NCBI GenBank assembly: GCA_013239625.1
Contig: MU054323.1
Location: 14,121,950-14,185,949, forward strand
Length of the DNA: 64,000 nucleotides
Source of the DNA: Lama guanicoe
Taxonomy: Eukaryota
Direction: 5' to 3'
Made by a program: the position numbers and the translations under genes. Below the pieces are notes generated by a model that worked only from the letters and a program-made list of their open reading frames with translations, did not search any database and was not told the DNA's origin. This document shows positions 24,987-38,584 of this stretch, in pieces. Position 1 is the stretch's first letter, and the number at the start of each line of letters is the position of its first letter.

Positions 24987-26129
24987 CATGTAACACATTT
25001 TTTTTCAATAGCAATGCATAATAAACTTTACAAAATTCAAAAAATCCTAAATAACAGAGAGAAAAAATAATTTCCCTATGATTCCTACAACCTAGGAATA
25101 AAATCACTGAAAATGCGTTTAGTTTATTTATTTATATAATGAAAAAATAAGGGTTTTTAAAAAAAATTAATTTAATCCTAATTTATATGCATAGGGGAAA
25201 TGAACTAAATGGATTTCCTTAGGCTTTACTTAATCTCAAAAGTGCAAAAATTTCAGTAAGTCTTAGAAAGTTTATGAAAAGTTTCACATGACCCAAAACA
25301 TCATTAAATTATGTACTAACTCTGTGATTATTATGCAAAAACCAAAAAAAAAATCTAATGGGAAATTGTTCCCTGCTTCTTCTCTCTTTAATGTGAAACT
25401 GGTTTTACTATATTTTATGTGTCTTTCTTTAGCAGGTCATTCCATTACTGAAAATTACTTTCAGCCCTCTTTTAAAATGGCTTATTGTCTTCATTTATAA
25501 GTTTTGGTTTGCTGCACATACAATATAGTCCTTAGCACCAGTCAATTTGCTTTACATTCATTTGGTTTACTGTTTTTTTTTTTCTTCCAACAATATAATG
25601 AGCATTTTCTTACAGCAAAGGAAGAAAATAGTTTACACTATTTACGTTTGTGGATTTTGTTCCTAGCTCTAAGGCTATAGACAGCTGGAATGAATGATAA
25701 AGAACTCTTCTAACGTTTGGGGGATGGAGGTAGGAATTTTAGTTTCAAAATTGAGCTTTTTTCAGGCTTAAAAAAGATACCATTGAAACTATCAATTGAT
25801 GCCTCAATCTTTACCCTATTAAGGATTCTCCCTACAGAAGAAAGCAGTGATGGGTTTATAATGGGTTAACATCTACAGTATATGAGTCTCTGGATACTAC
25901 TTTTCATCCATTAAATATATGAGGGTTCTGCCTAGATGCCTAGGTTCTAGTTATCTACCCATCATTTGGACTGGTGGGGCAATTAACTTCTCTTGGTTAC
26001 CCTTGGGATAACAATATCGCTTAATTTCTTGTGCTAATTGCTGCTAATTTCTTAGCCAGGATTCACATACCTCTTTTTCAAGTTGATAGAGATCTGATTT
26101 TCCTCAGAAGGTTAGCATGATTAGTTACA

Positions 26130-26447
26130 ATAGACTTCCCATTTTCCTTGCAGCTAAGGAAATCATTTGTCCCAGTTCTGGTCTGTAAAATTAAAAATGA
26201 ATTCTGGGTATTCACTCACTTTTTTATACTGGAAGGGAAGATGGAAGATGTATGTGGGGCAGCCACTTTGTGACCATGAAGAGAGAATTAAATGTCTTGG
26301 GATGCCGATGGCATCTTGGAGCTACTATACTAGCCCTGGGTGCCCAGCATCTGGGCTTCTTGTTATGTGACAGAAATAAACCTTTTATTTGCTTAGGATG
26401 CTATAGGTAGGTTTGTGAGACAAGCAACTGATGCATACTTTACTGAT
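26130..26447 (+). mobile_element. MaLR LTR (old MLT1-type)
   Basis: CCTTGCAGCTAAGG...CCCAGTTCTGG...GCAGCCACTTTGTGACCATGA...CTTCTTGTTATGTGACAGAAATAAACC. Confidence 0.7.
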
Positions 26448-26639
26448 GGTATTTTGAGAATTGAACAAAAATATAAACATGAACTATCCTTGAACATCCC
26501 AAAAGCAGTTTGCATTGATTAGAAATCTAATTATTGCTTTTTGTCATTGTTCTTTGGTGAACTATTAAGCTTCCACATATAATTTTAGGGACATAAAAAT
26601 TAATTTTGTTTAAAAGATTATACATGGGTGTCAAATTTA

Positions 26640-27180
26640 TTAGCTAGACACTGGGAGTATAAAAATTTCACGGATTCTTCTCTCTCAAGGTAATAGATCT
26701 AATAAGGCTAAAGAGAAATAAAATTTTACATAAAGAAAAATAAAGTAAAATGCTGCTGTGGCTTCAAGAAGTGCTTCCTGGAGGAGACATCTGTGTTGGT
26801 AGTAGGTTCTGGAAAGTGAAGACATGAGAGAGAAGGAGGATATTCAGGGAGCAGAAACAGTAAGTGGAAAAACAGAGAAGCTTAGCTGAGGAACCATAGT
26901 TCAGAATTATAGAAGCCAAGGATAATAAGATGGTGAGGAGGCATTGCCTTGTGAGAAAGGACTTTGATGTTGTGCTTACAATTTGGGATTTTATCCTGAA
27001 GGCCATAGAGTATCTCTGCAGAATTTTATACCAGGAAAGGTGATATTTGGCTTTTTGGGCAGGTTACTGGCAGAGGTGTGGAGAGCACCATTTGAAGAGG
27101 ACAAGGGCAGAGTGAGAGAACCCAATTAGAATAAAATAATTATAATCCAACTGAGAGATGGTAAGGTTGGGCAGGTGGGA
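26640..27180 (-). mobile_element. L2 LINE 3' fragment
   Basis: TTTGGGATTTTATCCTGAAGGCCATAGAG...TTACTGGCAGAGGTGTGGAGAG...ATAATCCAACTGAGAGATGGT are antisense L2 words. Confidence 0.6.
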
Positions 27181-27454
27181 CGGAAATAAAGGAGTTAACA
27201 AAGAAAGATTTCTTCACCAGTTGTATGTGTGTGAGAATTTGGTAGAGGCTGAAAGTGTGGCAGGAACACAATGTAATAACATCTCTCAGTACTGTAAATT
27301 TCACGCTTATATTCTGGACCATTAAAATTCCTTATAAATGGTAGGCAAGCAAAGATGATAGCCAAGAAAAGAAGCACAAAAAGTTGCAGAACGTGAGATG
27401 GTTTCTTGAGATGAGGTTTTAAAAGAAATCACCATTGTTTCATAGTTTAAAAAT

Positions 27455-28050
27455 AACTCTCAAGTAACTAAGATGTCATTCAATAAGGTAAATTGATAAG
27501 CAAACTGTAGTGAACACAGACAATGGAATATTACTCAACAGTAAAAATGAGCCGGCAAGCCATGAAAAGACACAGAAGAACCTTAAATGTGTATGGCTAA
27601 GTGAAAGAAGCCAGTCTAAAAAGGCTACATATTGTATGATTCTAACTATATGACATTGTAGAAAAGGCAGAAGTATAGAGACAGTAAAAAGATCCGTGGT
27701 TGCCAGGGGTTTAGAGGGAGAAGGAGTTAGATGAACAGGTGGAGCACAGGACATTTTGGAGGCAGTAAAACTAATCTGTGTGATACTGTAAAGGTGGACA
27801 TGTGGCACTATGCACTTGTCAAAGCCCATAGAACTGTACAACACAAAGAGTGATCATTAATGTAAATTATGGACTTTAGTTAATGAATCACTATTGGTTC
27901 ATCAGTTGTGACAAATGTACCACACTAATGCAAGATTTCAATGAGAGGGGAAACTGTATGAGTGTTGGAGGAGGGAGCCCTATGGGAACTCTACTTTCTG
28001 TGCAATATTTCTGTAAACCTAAAATTGCTCTAAAAATAAAATTTATTAGG
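27455..28050 (+). mobile_element. Old L1 3' end (L1MC1/2-like)
   Basis: CTAAGTGAAAGAAGCCAGTCTAAAAAGGCTACATATTGTATGATTC...GTGACAAATGTACCACACTAATGCAAG...CTGTAAACCTAAAATTGCTCTAAAAATAAA. Confidence 0.88.
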
Positions 28051-29508
28051 AAAAAACCTTCCCCCCAACTAAATCAAGTCAGAGTTATGTCATAGAAATA
28101 TTAAGTTATAGAAATGTTTATTTCAAGACAGGAAAATCTTTGATCACAAGTTCCTTATCACACCAACCATCCTGCAACAGAAAATCTCCTAACTTTACTT
28201 TTCCTTTTTTTTTTTAACAAGGAACAGAAACTCCCCTGAGCTTCATATTTTCAGTCTAATATTTCATATCAGATCAAGAATAATATTCTGTAGAGAGTTC
28301 CACAGGTAAATCGCTATCTGACACGTTGGGATTTTCCTCCTGATTTATGAATTCTTTAGGTTTGCAAAACTGTATTTTGGCCACTCCTCTTCAGACTCTG
28401 CAGTTCAAAATCCTGCAAATATTTGTTGCTCCTATCATGTGTACCATGCACTTCCAGATGCTGCTGTGGCATTCAGTACCATTCAGCTCTAAAGTCCAGG
28501 GATACTAGCTCATGGGGAAGGTAACATTTCCTTCGTAAAGAACTGCCTTTATGCATGTATCATGTGAACTACTTTATTGATCGCCTCCCAGTATGACTCT
28601 CCATTGATGGTTTTCAGAATTCCCGAGTGATTTCTGACTTAAGTGTGTGCTTTAGTGATAGCCAAAATAAATCAATTTCTAGAGTTACTGACTAATATAT
28701 GTATGAGACACCCTGAAAATCATAAATGCTCATTCCTTCAAAGTTGGTTATTGACTTGTTTCATATTTAAAATGATGACATCATACACCTATATCTTGAC
28801 ATTGCTGTTTAGAGTTAGATTCCTAGCCAAATATAATTTCTTTTTTACCAAATCTTTTTAGCCAAACGCAGTATTACTCAACTAGATTAAACACTTTATT
28901 TTCCAGGCAAAATTCCAAATGACATAGTCATTTCTTAAATAAAATACACTCTTAAAGGGAGAAAATGCTAAGACTAAACAAAGGAACTTCAGATGGGGTT
29001 CTGTGTTGATTCTATATGAAGAATTCTAAATAGTGGTAGCTCTATTAAAATGCATTATATTCTTCTTTATTTGAAGGAAACGACACTAGTTTGTAGTTTA
29101 CTATGTTGGCTTGTTAAAATCATGCTCTTTTCTTTATAGTCTTATAATAAAAATGTTACAAAAAATCAAGAACTCCTGAGGGTGGAAAATGTTTTTTTCT
29201 AGCTGTTTTTTTTTTTTTTATCTCACCTGAGGAAAGATGAAGCCTCAATTGACACTTCAGCTTTTCTGCTTCTCTGATTTGTCAACAAGATAACAAATGC
29301 ACTTGAGAAATGTGTTTTACCAAATCGCCAGGTCACTTATACTTAGCAAGAGCTTAGCTTTTGGAACTTAGTGGAAATTCCTCTTCCACTTGTAGCTGGT
29401 AGAGAATGGATATAAATGTGGGATTCGTCTTGTGTTGCCTTCCCTTACTTCCCTAATCTGGTTGGTTGGTTTGGCTCTGAAGTATGGGTTTGCCTGAACT
29501 CTTCCCAG

Positions 29509-29678
29509 TAGAGTTGTTAGATTTAGCAAATAAAAATACAGGATGCCCAATTAAATTTGAATTGGATTTTTTGAAGTATAATTATGTCCCAAATATTGCA
29601 CAGGGTACACTTATACTGAAAATTATTTATCTGCACTTTAAATTTAATTGGGCATCCTGTATTTATCTGGCAACCCTC
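29509..29678 (+). mobile_element. MER53 palindromic DNA transposon with perfect 8-bp TSD CTTCCCAG
   Basis: CTTCCCAG at 29501-29508 and 29679-29686; TIR-like ends; perfect 25-bp inverted repeat at 29534-29558 / 29640-29664. Confidence 0.93.
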
Positions 29679-30844
29679 CTTCCCAGCACAGCCAAGTTGG
29701 AAGCCTTGCCTAGATCCATCATGTTGAGAAAGGTCATACATTTTGTGGGATCGTATGGTGCCTGGGGAGAATCATATACTGGCACATGAAGATGTTGGTT
29801 TTTTGTTCCTTAAGGGGCTGTGGTCTTTCAGCAATTACTGAGATGTGAGAGGTTATGCAGATGCTCAGAGTGAACATGACAGTAAAGAATTAACACTATT
29901 TCAGAGCCATCATTTATAGGGTATTGCAATGTGAATTTTATGTTTGTCTGTTTACAGCAATATGTTTTGCTTGAGGGGTGTGCCTGTGATGTGTTGGTAT
30001 AATGAAACTGAACACTGGGTCATTTGTTTTTCTTATATGCACATTTTATAGTTCACGGAAATGGGAGAGAACAGTGCTTTCTCCCCTAAGATCTCCTATT
30101 TTGGTTTTATTTTACCATAACCTGGCTACTTTGTAAAAAGGAAATCCTACCACAGAGATTCTTCAAAGAGTGTTTACCAGGTTCACCTGATTAAAAACAA
30201 CATCAATACAGTGAGTACTTAGACGTTACTCCATCCTGTAATTCACTTTAGTCTTTAAAGATTCTTTTGTTCACGAGTCATTTTCTAGAATGGAATCAGT
30301 AAGCTAGAGGCATTTATTGGATCAGTGCCCATCTCACAGAATAGCACTCTCTTACTAGCCTCCTAGGGGCCTCCTCCCCTCTCTTCTGATCATTCCTTTC
30401 TAAATGAGTCATTTTGTCAGGTAGATCAGAAAGTCCATTTCACACAAACTGACAAATACATCATTTGTTTTTCAGGACATCAGTACCCTATCTGTATGCT
30501 CACTGCTGCTTGGTCAGGCATTCCTTGGCAGATTGCTTTTTCACTTGGATAACATCACTGCCATGTTTTAATTGTATAAGTTAGTTTGTTTCATTGCTTT
30601 CAGTTCTGGACAATTGTTTACCCCAATTCTGATTCAGCACATTTTAAAATTATTTTATTTGATTAAACTAAGCTTTTCGTTTCTAACTTGGTAGCAGGAT
30701 CTCACTTCTTGTTTGGTTCAGAGTGTCTATTTTCCCCACCCTCTGTGCCCATGGGGGTTTCTCTAAAGCAATTTTTGGTCCTACATCAAAACATGTCCTA
30801 AATTTTCTGCTGTGGTAGCTGCTGTTAACCAATTTAATCAAAAC

Positions 30845-31325
30845 TCTTTATTTTTTGAACTCTACTGAGGCCTAATACACACACACAAAATGTATACAGT
30901 TGTAAGTGTACATCTTTCTTTTCACACACATAAAAACAAGTTAAATGAATTTTCACAAAGTAAGCATTACCAGCATATCAGAAGTTCCCAACGCTCATGC
31001 CTCTTTAAGTCACAGCCACCCACCAAGGGTAATTACTGTTTTATTCTTAACAGCATAGTTTTGCCTCATTTTGAAGTTTATATAAATGAATATACTCTCT
31101 TATGTCTGGCATCTTTTACTGAACATTGTATTTGTGAATTTAATCACATTGTTGCATAAACTGTAATTTATTTACTCTCATGGCTCTATAATATTACATT
31201 TGTGAGTATATCATCATTTATTTGTTTGACAGTTGACAGGCATTTGGATAATGAAAATTATTTTGCATGTCTTTGGATGAATATCACACATTTCTTTTGG
31301 TACACACCTAAGAGAGAAATTTTTG
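30845..31325 (-). mobile_element. Old L1 3' end (L1ME-like)
   Basis: GCATAGTTTTGCCTCATTTTGAAGTTTATATAAATG...TGTCTGGCATCTTTTACTGAACATT...GTTGACAGGCATTTGG. Confidence 0.75.
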
Positions 31326-32226
31326 AATTTTGATTTAATTTTATAACTAACTCATGCTTGAACCTGTATCACCCCAGAACTTCTTGTCCTTCACATCTTT
31401 CTGTTTGTTTCAACTTGCCTCTTCATATGACTTCCCACAAACATGATCTAACCAAAATTTCGTTTATAGTTCTAGTATAACCTTAATTTCTCAAGGATTT
31501 AAAGTTATTGAACCCAGTTGTATGAGCTCGTGCCTCACCACAAGTTTCCTGCAGGGTCAGTCCCCTCGTATTATTTCTAGCAGTCTCACTGGTGTTCCTT
31601 GTATATGCTTCCTTGTCTAGATGTTGTCTATTCCCTGGTGTTCACTGGGGCTCCTTGATGATACACTGCTGGAGGCATCCTACATAGTTCTGCTCTTCAG
31701 ATATTTTCCCCCTTTGTTTCAGAAGCAACAGCATTAAGTAAGAAAAGTAGTTTAGGCATTTGTTGATTTTTTTTTTTTTTTTAGTTTTATATGTGTCCAT
31801 ATCAGCTCACTGTCAGAATCAGGTAAGAGTCCAAAGGGATTATTGACAAAGTCAAGTAAGTGAATATAGATGCCATGACTCACTCATTGTTTGTTTTTTC
31901 ACCCATTCCAACAGTTAAGTCATCACTCCCTGGTTTCTTATTCCCTGAGGAAAAGCAATTTCCCATTTATGCAAATTAACTTTTGGGTGACCTTAGCCAT
32001 CAATTTTTCATGCATATTCAGGGCTGTCAGAATCTCACTTCGCTTCACATGCAGACCCCCACACAAATATTCAATCTTAATTTTTATATTATCCCAAATG
32101 TCATGGTTGATTGCACCAGAATCCTTGACAGGCTTAAGGCTATGCTGCTTTCCAGTTTGGGTAGACAGATGAAATGAATATGGAAACATGAAGTAAAGTA
32201 ATTAGGTCATTATTTCTCTTTTATAG

Positions 32227-32277
32227 AAGAGAAAAGGCACTTACCTGAATGAAGAACTTCCAGAATATATGAAATAT
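32227..32277 (+). other. Candidate 51-nt phase-0 internal exon (KRKGTYLNEELPEYMKY); unverified
   Basis: Acceptor TTATTTCTCTTTTATAG, donor TAT|GTAAGT, length divisible by 3, only frame 0 open. I do not recognise the peptide. Confidence 0.2.
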
Positions 32278-32559
32278 GTAAGTGCAAAATCAAAATGGCA
32301 GCATTAGTTTAATAAGTGTGCATCTTATTTATTAAACTTCATTTGGTCTCAGTGCCTATAACTGAGCATCCCTACTTCTTTCCTCTCCCAGATGTAGCCC
32401 CATTTTCCACCACACACTGCTGTGTTTTCACACACTCCCACTCACTCTTCCGTGCCTTTCTCTCCATCACACTTGCCTGGGAAGTACTGATGTAGTTAAG
32501 TCCAGTTTTCAGCTCTTCCCCAGTTAACCCCTTAACAGCTTGTCAGAGAGCAACACCTA

Positions 32560-34405
32560 GCAATACTGGTTGGTCTCATTTTAAATTTGTAGCCATGACT
32601 CTTACACTGACCAGCAACTCGACTACATTTCCCTATTTAAAGTTTCTCTCTCTATCCATTTTATAGTTTATTCTCTCTCTTCAGGTTCCATCATCCAGTC
32701 ACCTGTTCTCACTTCCAGCTGATGACCTTGAACTGTCTGTCACTGAGAACATGGCAGCATTCAGACAGGCACTCCTTCATTTCTCCGCCACTCCCTCCAC
32801 CCCTCTACACGCACACGCGTCTATACCGTACATTCTGTCTTCCCCCTTTCACAATGAGTGAACACTTCTACTCCTGCCTGAGGCCAGTCGCTCCCTTTGT
32901 GTCCTGGTGCCCATCCCATTTTTCTTACTCAAAGCTATTGCTCCTGCAATTACTTCATGTCTCTGCTGCATCGTCTGCTTTCCCCTCCTGCCAGGATCAG
33001 CAAGAGCAGGAGGAGGAACAGCAGGCAATCCTTACATCTCATTGAGAGAGTTGCCCAGACTCACTGTCTTCACTTCCCCAACTTATTTTTTCATGAACCC
33101 ACTCCACTCAGGTACTTGTCCTTGCACAAAACTGAAACCCATTTGTCAAGGTCACCAGTGATTATTAACATTGTCAGAATTGGTAGTAAGTCTTCATCTT
33201 CCTTAGCTTCTTAAGATGTTTTTGGCATAATGAAACCATCTTGAAACTTCTTCACTTGGAATCAGGACCCCACTCCCTCTTAATTTTCCCTTCGATCTCA
33301 CTATATACTTGTTCTCAGTCTCTTTTGTGGTATCATCCTCATTCTTCTGACCTCTGTACATGTTACATTACCCTTAATTATCTGTAGTTCCTCATTAGAC
33401 GGTCTCATCCAGGTCTGTGTCTGGGTAAAGCAGAATTCAGTTCTCACGATTCCCCAAATTCTCCAGCCCAAGTTTGACCGTGAATTTCAGGTTTTTGTAG
33501 TGGTATCTCCGCTTGGCTCAAACTTCACTTATCACCACTGATCTCTTGACCCGTTAGGCTGCTTCTCCCTCACTGTTACTTATTTCAGCAAATTGTACTA
33601 CGAATACTCATGACAGAATCTTGCCTTTATCCTTGCTTCCTCTTTTTTTTGCACACCATAGCAACACATGTATGTGCCACCTTCAAAATAGATCCAGAAT
33701 CAGAACAATTCTGACAAATTCCACTGCTTCACCATTGCCCAAAGTATTGTTCTTGCTTGTCTAGACTTCTGCTGTTGCTTTTAAAGTACTCACTGTGCTG
33801 CTTTCCTAAGCCTTCTTCAGTTTATTCCCATGTCAGCCTTTGAAATACAAAACATGATCTGATCTTCCTGTCACTGAGTTTTTTTTTTATTTTTAATTAT
33901 TCAGTGGCTTCTCATGACACTTGTAATAAACGTTAAGATCCCTGCCTTGTGCTAAAATGCCCTTCAAGATCACAGTGGCCCCATCCTCTGGCTCTTTGCT
34001 TTTTGCTCACACACCTACAGCAATAATGGCTTTCTTACCACTTCTTAACCAGGTTAGGGAAGTTCCTATCCTAGGGCATGCGCACCGTGTAACACTGAAT
34101 CCAGAAGACTCATCGTATAGAGGTTTCAGTCTAAAAGTCTGCCTCAGAAAAGGAAATAATTTCCTTATGTCTAAAATAGCTGCCCTTATTGGTCTGCAGC
34201 CCTTTACTCTGGCTATTTTTCATTGCAAAATACACATGTATCTGCGGAGTTTTGCTTTTCCTTGTCATTTTTGGCCTATCTTACCCAGTAGACTATAAAA
34301 TCCATATAGACAGGGACTGTGTTTTGTTTACCAGTCTATCTCCAGCACATACAACAGAGTTTGATGTGGGTTGGTGACTAGTAAATATTTTATTTATCAA
34401 ATACG
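32560..34405 (+). mobile_element. Long degraded L2 LINE (about 1.8 kb) including the 3' end
   Basis: C/T-rich L2 body (TCAAGGTCACCAGTGA, CCTTCAAAATAGATCCAGAATC) ending in TAGACTATAAAATCCAT...CAGGGACTGTGTTTTGTTTACC...TAAATATTT. Confidence 0.8.
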
Positions 34406-34864
34406 TGAATTGGGATGAAAGAAATAATTGTTCATCTGGGAATGTTCACAGTTTTATCACAACCACCATGAGCTAACAAAGTGAATCCTGTTTTTATGAC
34501 GATTCTCCTCTACTCTCCACCTTGGAAAGAGGAAGGATATTTTTTCTTACTGAATCAGTTTAAATATATACATTAAAGGGAGATGGGTAGGGGAAGGAGA
34601 GCAATTCAGGGAGAATCTGGTGGTGGAGGGGTATTGGAGGTGAAAGAGTGGACAGTACAACAGCTATGATGAGGTTTGAGTTAACTTGTTACTGGCTTCT
34701 CTGTATCTTTTTTGACCCTTCTTCATTTTTTCCTCCACTATTGATAGGGATTCATAGAAGCAGGCAGGAGGGATTAGTATGGCTATAGACTATAGTTCTA
34801 GGGTTTTTCATAAGCATTGAAAAGATTTGCACTGTTTTGAAATTACTTATGCTATTGGCTCTTT

Positions 34865-35200
34865 ATTTTTATATTTTATTATTATTTTACATAAAAGAGA
34901 AATGTAACCTATGTCAAGAGAAAAATTTTAAACCACGACATTAAACAAACACCTGTGTATCCACTGCTCACCTTAAGGACTAGAACATCGGTTGATACAC
35001 TTGAGGCTCACTGTGTGCTCTGTGCTACTTACATCACTTTCAACACACAAAACCACTGCCTTGAATCATTATTCATTCTCTTGGTTTCTTTATTGTTTTA
35101 CTACAGATTGATGAATCCCTAAAAATGTACTAAGTTTAGTTACTTTAAATAAATAGAATCATAGTGTTAGTATCTTATAATCTACATTTTTCATAAATGT
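34865..35200 (-). mobile_element. Old L1 3' fragment (L1ME-like)
   Basis: AAACACCTGTGTATCCACTGCTCACCTTAAGGACTAGAACAT...AACCACTGCCTTGAAT. Confidence 0.55.
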
Positions 35201-35789
35201 TGGTAGCAGGGATGGACTGCTGGTGAGGAATTATTTTTTCTAATTTATACGTTTACATTCCCTTTTCTGATTTCTGTCTTTCAAGGGCACTGGCTTTGCC
35301 TCTGTCTCTTCTGATGCTTGTCAGACTGCAAGCTTTGAGGCACTAGGAATCAGCATATGCAACTGGGAAAATACAGGTTTAAGACCTACTTACCTCTCTG
35401 GACTCAAGCTTTCTAGTCATTTCTTAGTCCAGAGATTTTACCTATTTCCTTCTAGTCCAGATAGTAACATAAACTATTTCAAATGTGCATTTGACGCATT
35501 ATTTTAGATGCTCTCTATTGGCTTGTCCACCTCTGTGGGAGGTTAATCCATCCTATTTCTTTCTTTAATTGTGACACCACTCTGAGGCTGAACTGTGTAA
35601 ATTAGTTTTTATGGGCTTACACATTATGATAGATTTAAATGGAGGACTTATCTTAGTTAAACAGTGATTAGAGATAACATAAATGTCTAAGAGATTCCAT
35701 GAATATGAAGCCCAGATATTTTACTGTAGCGAAAGCAAGTGTGCCTCTGTCCTATATTAACAACAGTGAACACCCACCACGAATTCACT

Positions 35790-35975
35790 ATATTCTAACC
35801 ACCTTTCTAAGAATGTTACTTGAATTCATTCACTGAAGCCTCACAGAAACCTTATGAAGCAGGTATGAGTTTTATCACATTTTCTGGCTCATGATGCTGA
35901 GGCACAGAGAGCTTAAGTACCATGCCTAAGTCCACACAGTTGAGTAAGTGGAAGAGCTGGGACCTAAGAAACTGG
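35790..35975 (-). mobile_element. MIR SINE
   Basis: CCTCACAGAAACCTTATGAAGCAGGTA...CTGAGGCACAGAGAGCTTAAGT...AAGTGGAAGAGCTGGGA. Confidence 0.75.
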
Positions 35976-38550
35976 GAGGGAAAAACAGCTGGAATATGAC
36001 TGTTCATAGAGGTCTTAAAGGAAGAGAGAGACACTAGAGAAAAAAAAGGAGATCCTGAAAATACCAGCCCTTGCAAACTTCTGGTGGGAAAATGAGATTA
36101 CTGTTTTCTTAGCCAATTTTAATCTCTTGTTAGTGTCTAAATGTATGTGCCCATTTTTGGTAACATAACTGATTTCCTTTGGTGTTGACAGAATAAGCCA
36201 AATCAGAAAAAATAAGAGCCAGGTGTCCTATCAGAGAAGTTGGGTCACTAGGAATTCTAGGGTATAAATAGAGCCAAAGTCCTTTGAAGATTTGGGTGGG
36301 GAGAATGGATGAATGCAATACAATAAGCTAAGTCCAATGCAGTCTTGTGAATCTGAGGAGATAATAAGTTCTAGGTTGGCTGGTTTAACATATGTATAAA
36401 AGAGAAATAATTGGTGGAGGTACATGAAGATAGATCTAAACAGGGAAGGGGCACATAAAGAAAAAGTTGGTCTTATCAAGGAACTATGTCAGGACCTTAG
36501 AGATGGTAGGTCAGCAGGAGGTGAGATGCAGGAATGAGTGATGAATGGGATGCTAAGCCAAGAACATAATAACTGGACGATCAAGAACATAGCTGGTCTG
36601 ATTGACACTAAATTGGATAAATACTTCCTAATACTCTTAATATTCCTTGTTTCCTAACTAGAATTTTTCAGTACACAGTGTAGAGGTTGAATATAAAGAG
36701 TTGGTTTAGTGGCTACATCTTCCAGATTTAAAAGGAGCAAGGGGCAAGCAGCCGGGTGGACCATTAGTCAGCATAATATGTCACTAGAACCATTCTTGGC
36801 TCCATGACATCTGTCACTTAAGTTAACAAATCCATCGTTAAAAAGGGTCACCTTTCAGCCTGAAAATGGCAGATTATTACCTTTCTGATCCCACCTCCTT
36901 ACTCTGTGATCTCTCACTTGTTTCTAAAATTTTAGTTCTGACAGCAAGTGTGGATATAAAATTACTTTGTTTTTGTTTTTGTTTTCTTTCTTTTTTCTTT
37001 TTCTTTTCTTTTCTTTTTTTTTTTGCCTCTGACCTAACTGCGGCTCAAGATTCTATTTAAAATGAGAGTTTTCAAAATTATAATTAAAATTTTTTATCCT
37101 GCTAAACAAAATCATAGGTGCTACCTTTAGAACAAGTTAATATGAACACATTCTGATGTGTTCAGATGTGTAACAGATTCTGTTAGTATTTTATATTTTA
37201 TATGCCAAATGCTTGAGAAAAAAATCAGAACTGATCTGAGTCCTTTACATAATATACATTATTCATGTTTTTTTATTTTAATGAAGTATGAGAAATTTGA
37301 AACTGAAGACCTTATAATTATATACAACAAATACATATAGTTACTGGAGGAAAAAAAGGGAAAGCAAGTTCAGGTCAACAAAGGATGAACATAATTAGAG
37401 GAAGCTGATAGAAGCTCAAGAGGAAGTAGCTCTCATTGATGCCTACCTCACTGAACTGAGTCTTTGCAAGCTCACTACCCCTTCTCACTGTGTGTGTGCG
37501 CACATGTGGGTGTCCCTGACACACATACACAGCACAGTAAAAGGATGGTAAATAAACAGAAGAAGCATGTAAAATTTTAGGGCTTGTAGGGTTTATTACA
37601 GATTATCTAGTCCTCCTTTCATCTCATTTTGAGGACAGTGTAACCCAGAAAGGTTAAATGATACCCTAAAATAAGATAACTGGGAAGTGGCAAAAGGAAT
37701 CAGTTTTGACAAAAACTACAGAAGTTTCAAGGAAGAAACAATTAGAAACTAAAGCGATTAGGTGGTGTTTATTAGGCTTTTTGGGGTGGGAGAGAGAATG
37801 CTATTGTTACCAACTCCTTTTCTTTGTCTTTAGCTATTAGCCAAATTTTTGAAAAAGATAAAATTATTAAAAATCAATAAAATAAAAATTGATGAAGTCA
37901 ACCTTGTGGCATACTTAAGGGGCTACTATTTCAGTTTTGCATATGAAGAGTCAGCTATCAAATAGTTAATATTAGGTATAATTTTTCAGTCAGAAAGTGA
38001 GAAAATAGCTCAAGATATTTATGGTAAAACCTTAAAAATACTGTTAAAATAGTAGTTATTTAAAGAAAAGTCAATAAATTCATTCATCAGTTCCAAGTGC
38101 CATTTACCACCCAGTATTCACAAATGTAATTGGACACAGAGAGTATAATTTCTTGACTAACACACAGCTTACTAAAAGAACAGTCTTTCAACATTTCATA
38201 ACAAATGGCAAAATTTTGGTAATAAAGAACTGGAAAATTAGGAAGCGAGAAAAAGAGAATCTAATAGTATAAACTGCATAGGCTAATAAAAAGCCTGAGA
38301 AGAAATATTTAACTACAGGAGTAGCTGAACCTCAGAGGAAAATGAGAAGACAGCAGACCTACTTTTATATGAGACAGTCCCATCTCATTCTTTATACTTA
38401 GGGCAACCTAACATGGGAAGGAGTAAACAAGGCAGAGCAGCTTTTCCTTCCAGAGGTGGAGCTTGGAAGGCATCAGTCTGGACTTTTAATTTGGTAGGCT
38501 CTCAGCCTAAGAGGATCAGAATTCAAAATTCTGGATGGGGGGTGGGGGGA

Positions 38551-38584
<34 letters not shown>

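Noticed and set aside
24262..25107. 281-aa ORF with YADD as a novel or domesticated reverse transcriptase, or a fusion gene
   Set aside because: It is L1 ORF2. The first ~40 codons are chance read-through from flanking DNA beyond the TSD at 24987. The endonuclease and N-terminal RT are missing, and the downstream part is broken by stops and frameshifts.
32722..33214. Overlapping 84-107 aa ORFs, including a QEQEEEQQ tract
   Set aside because: They lie inside a degraded L2, and the tract comes from a short purine-rich low-complexity patch. No recognisable domain.
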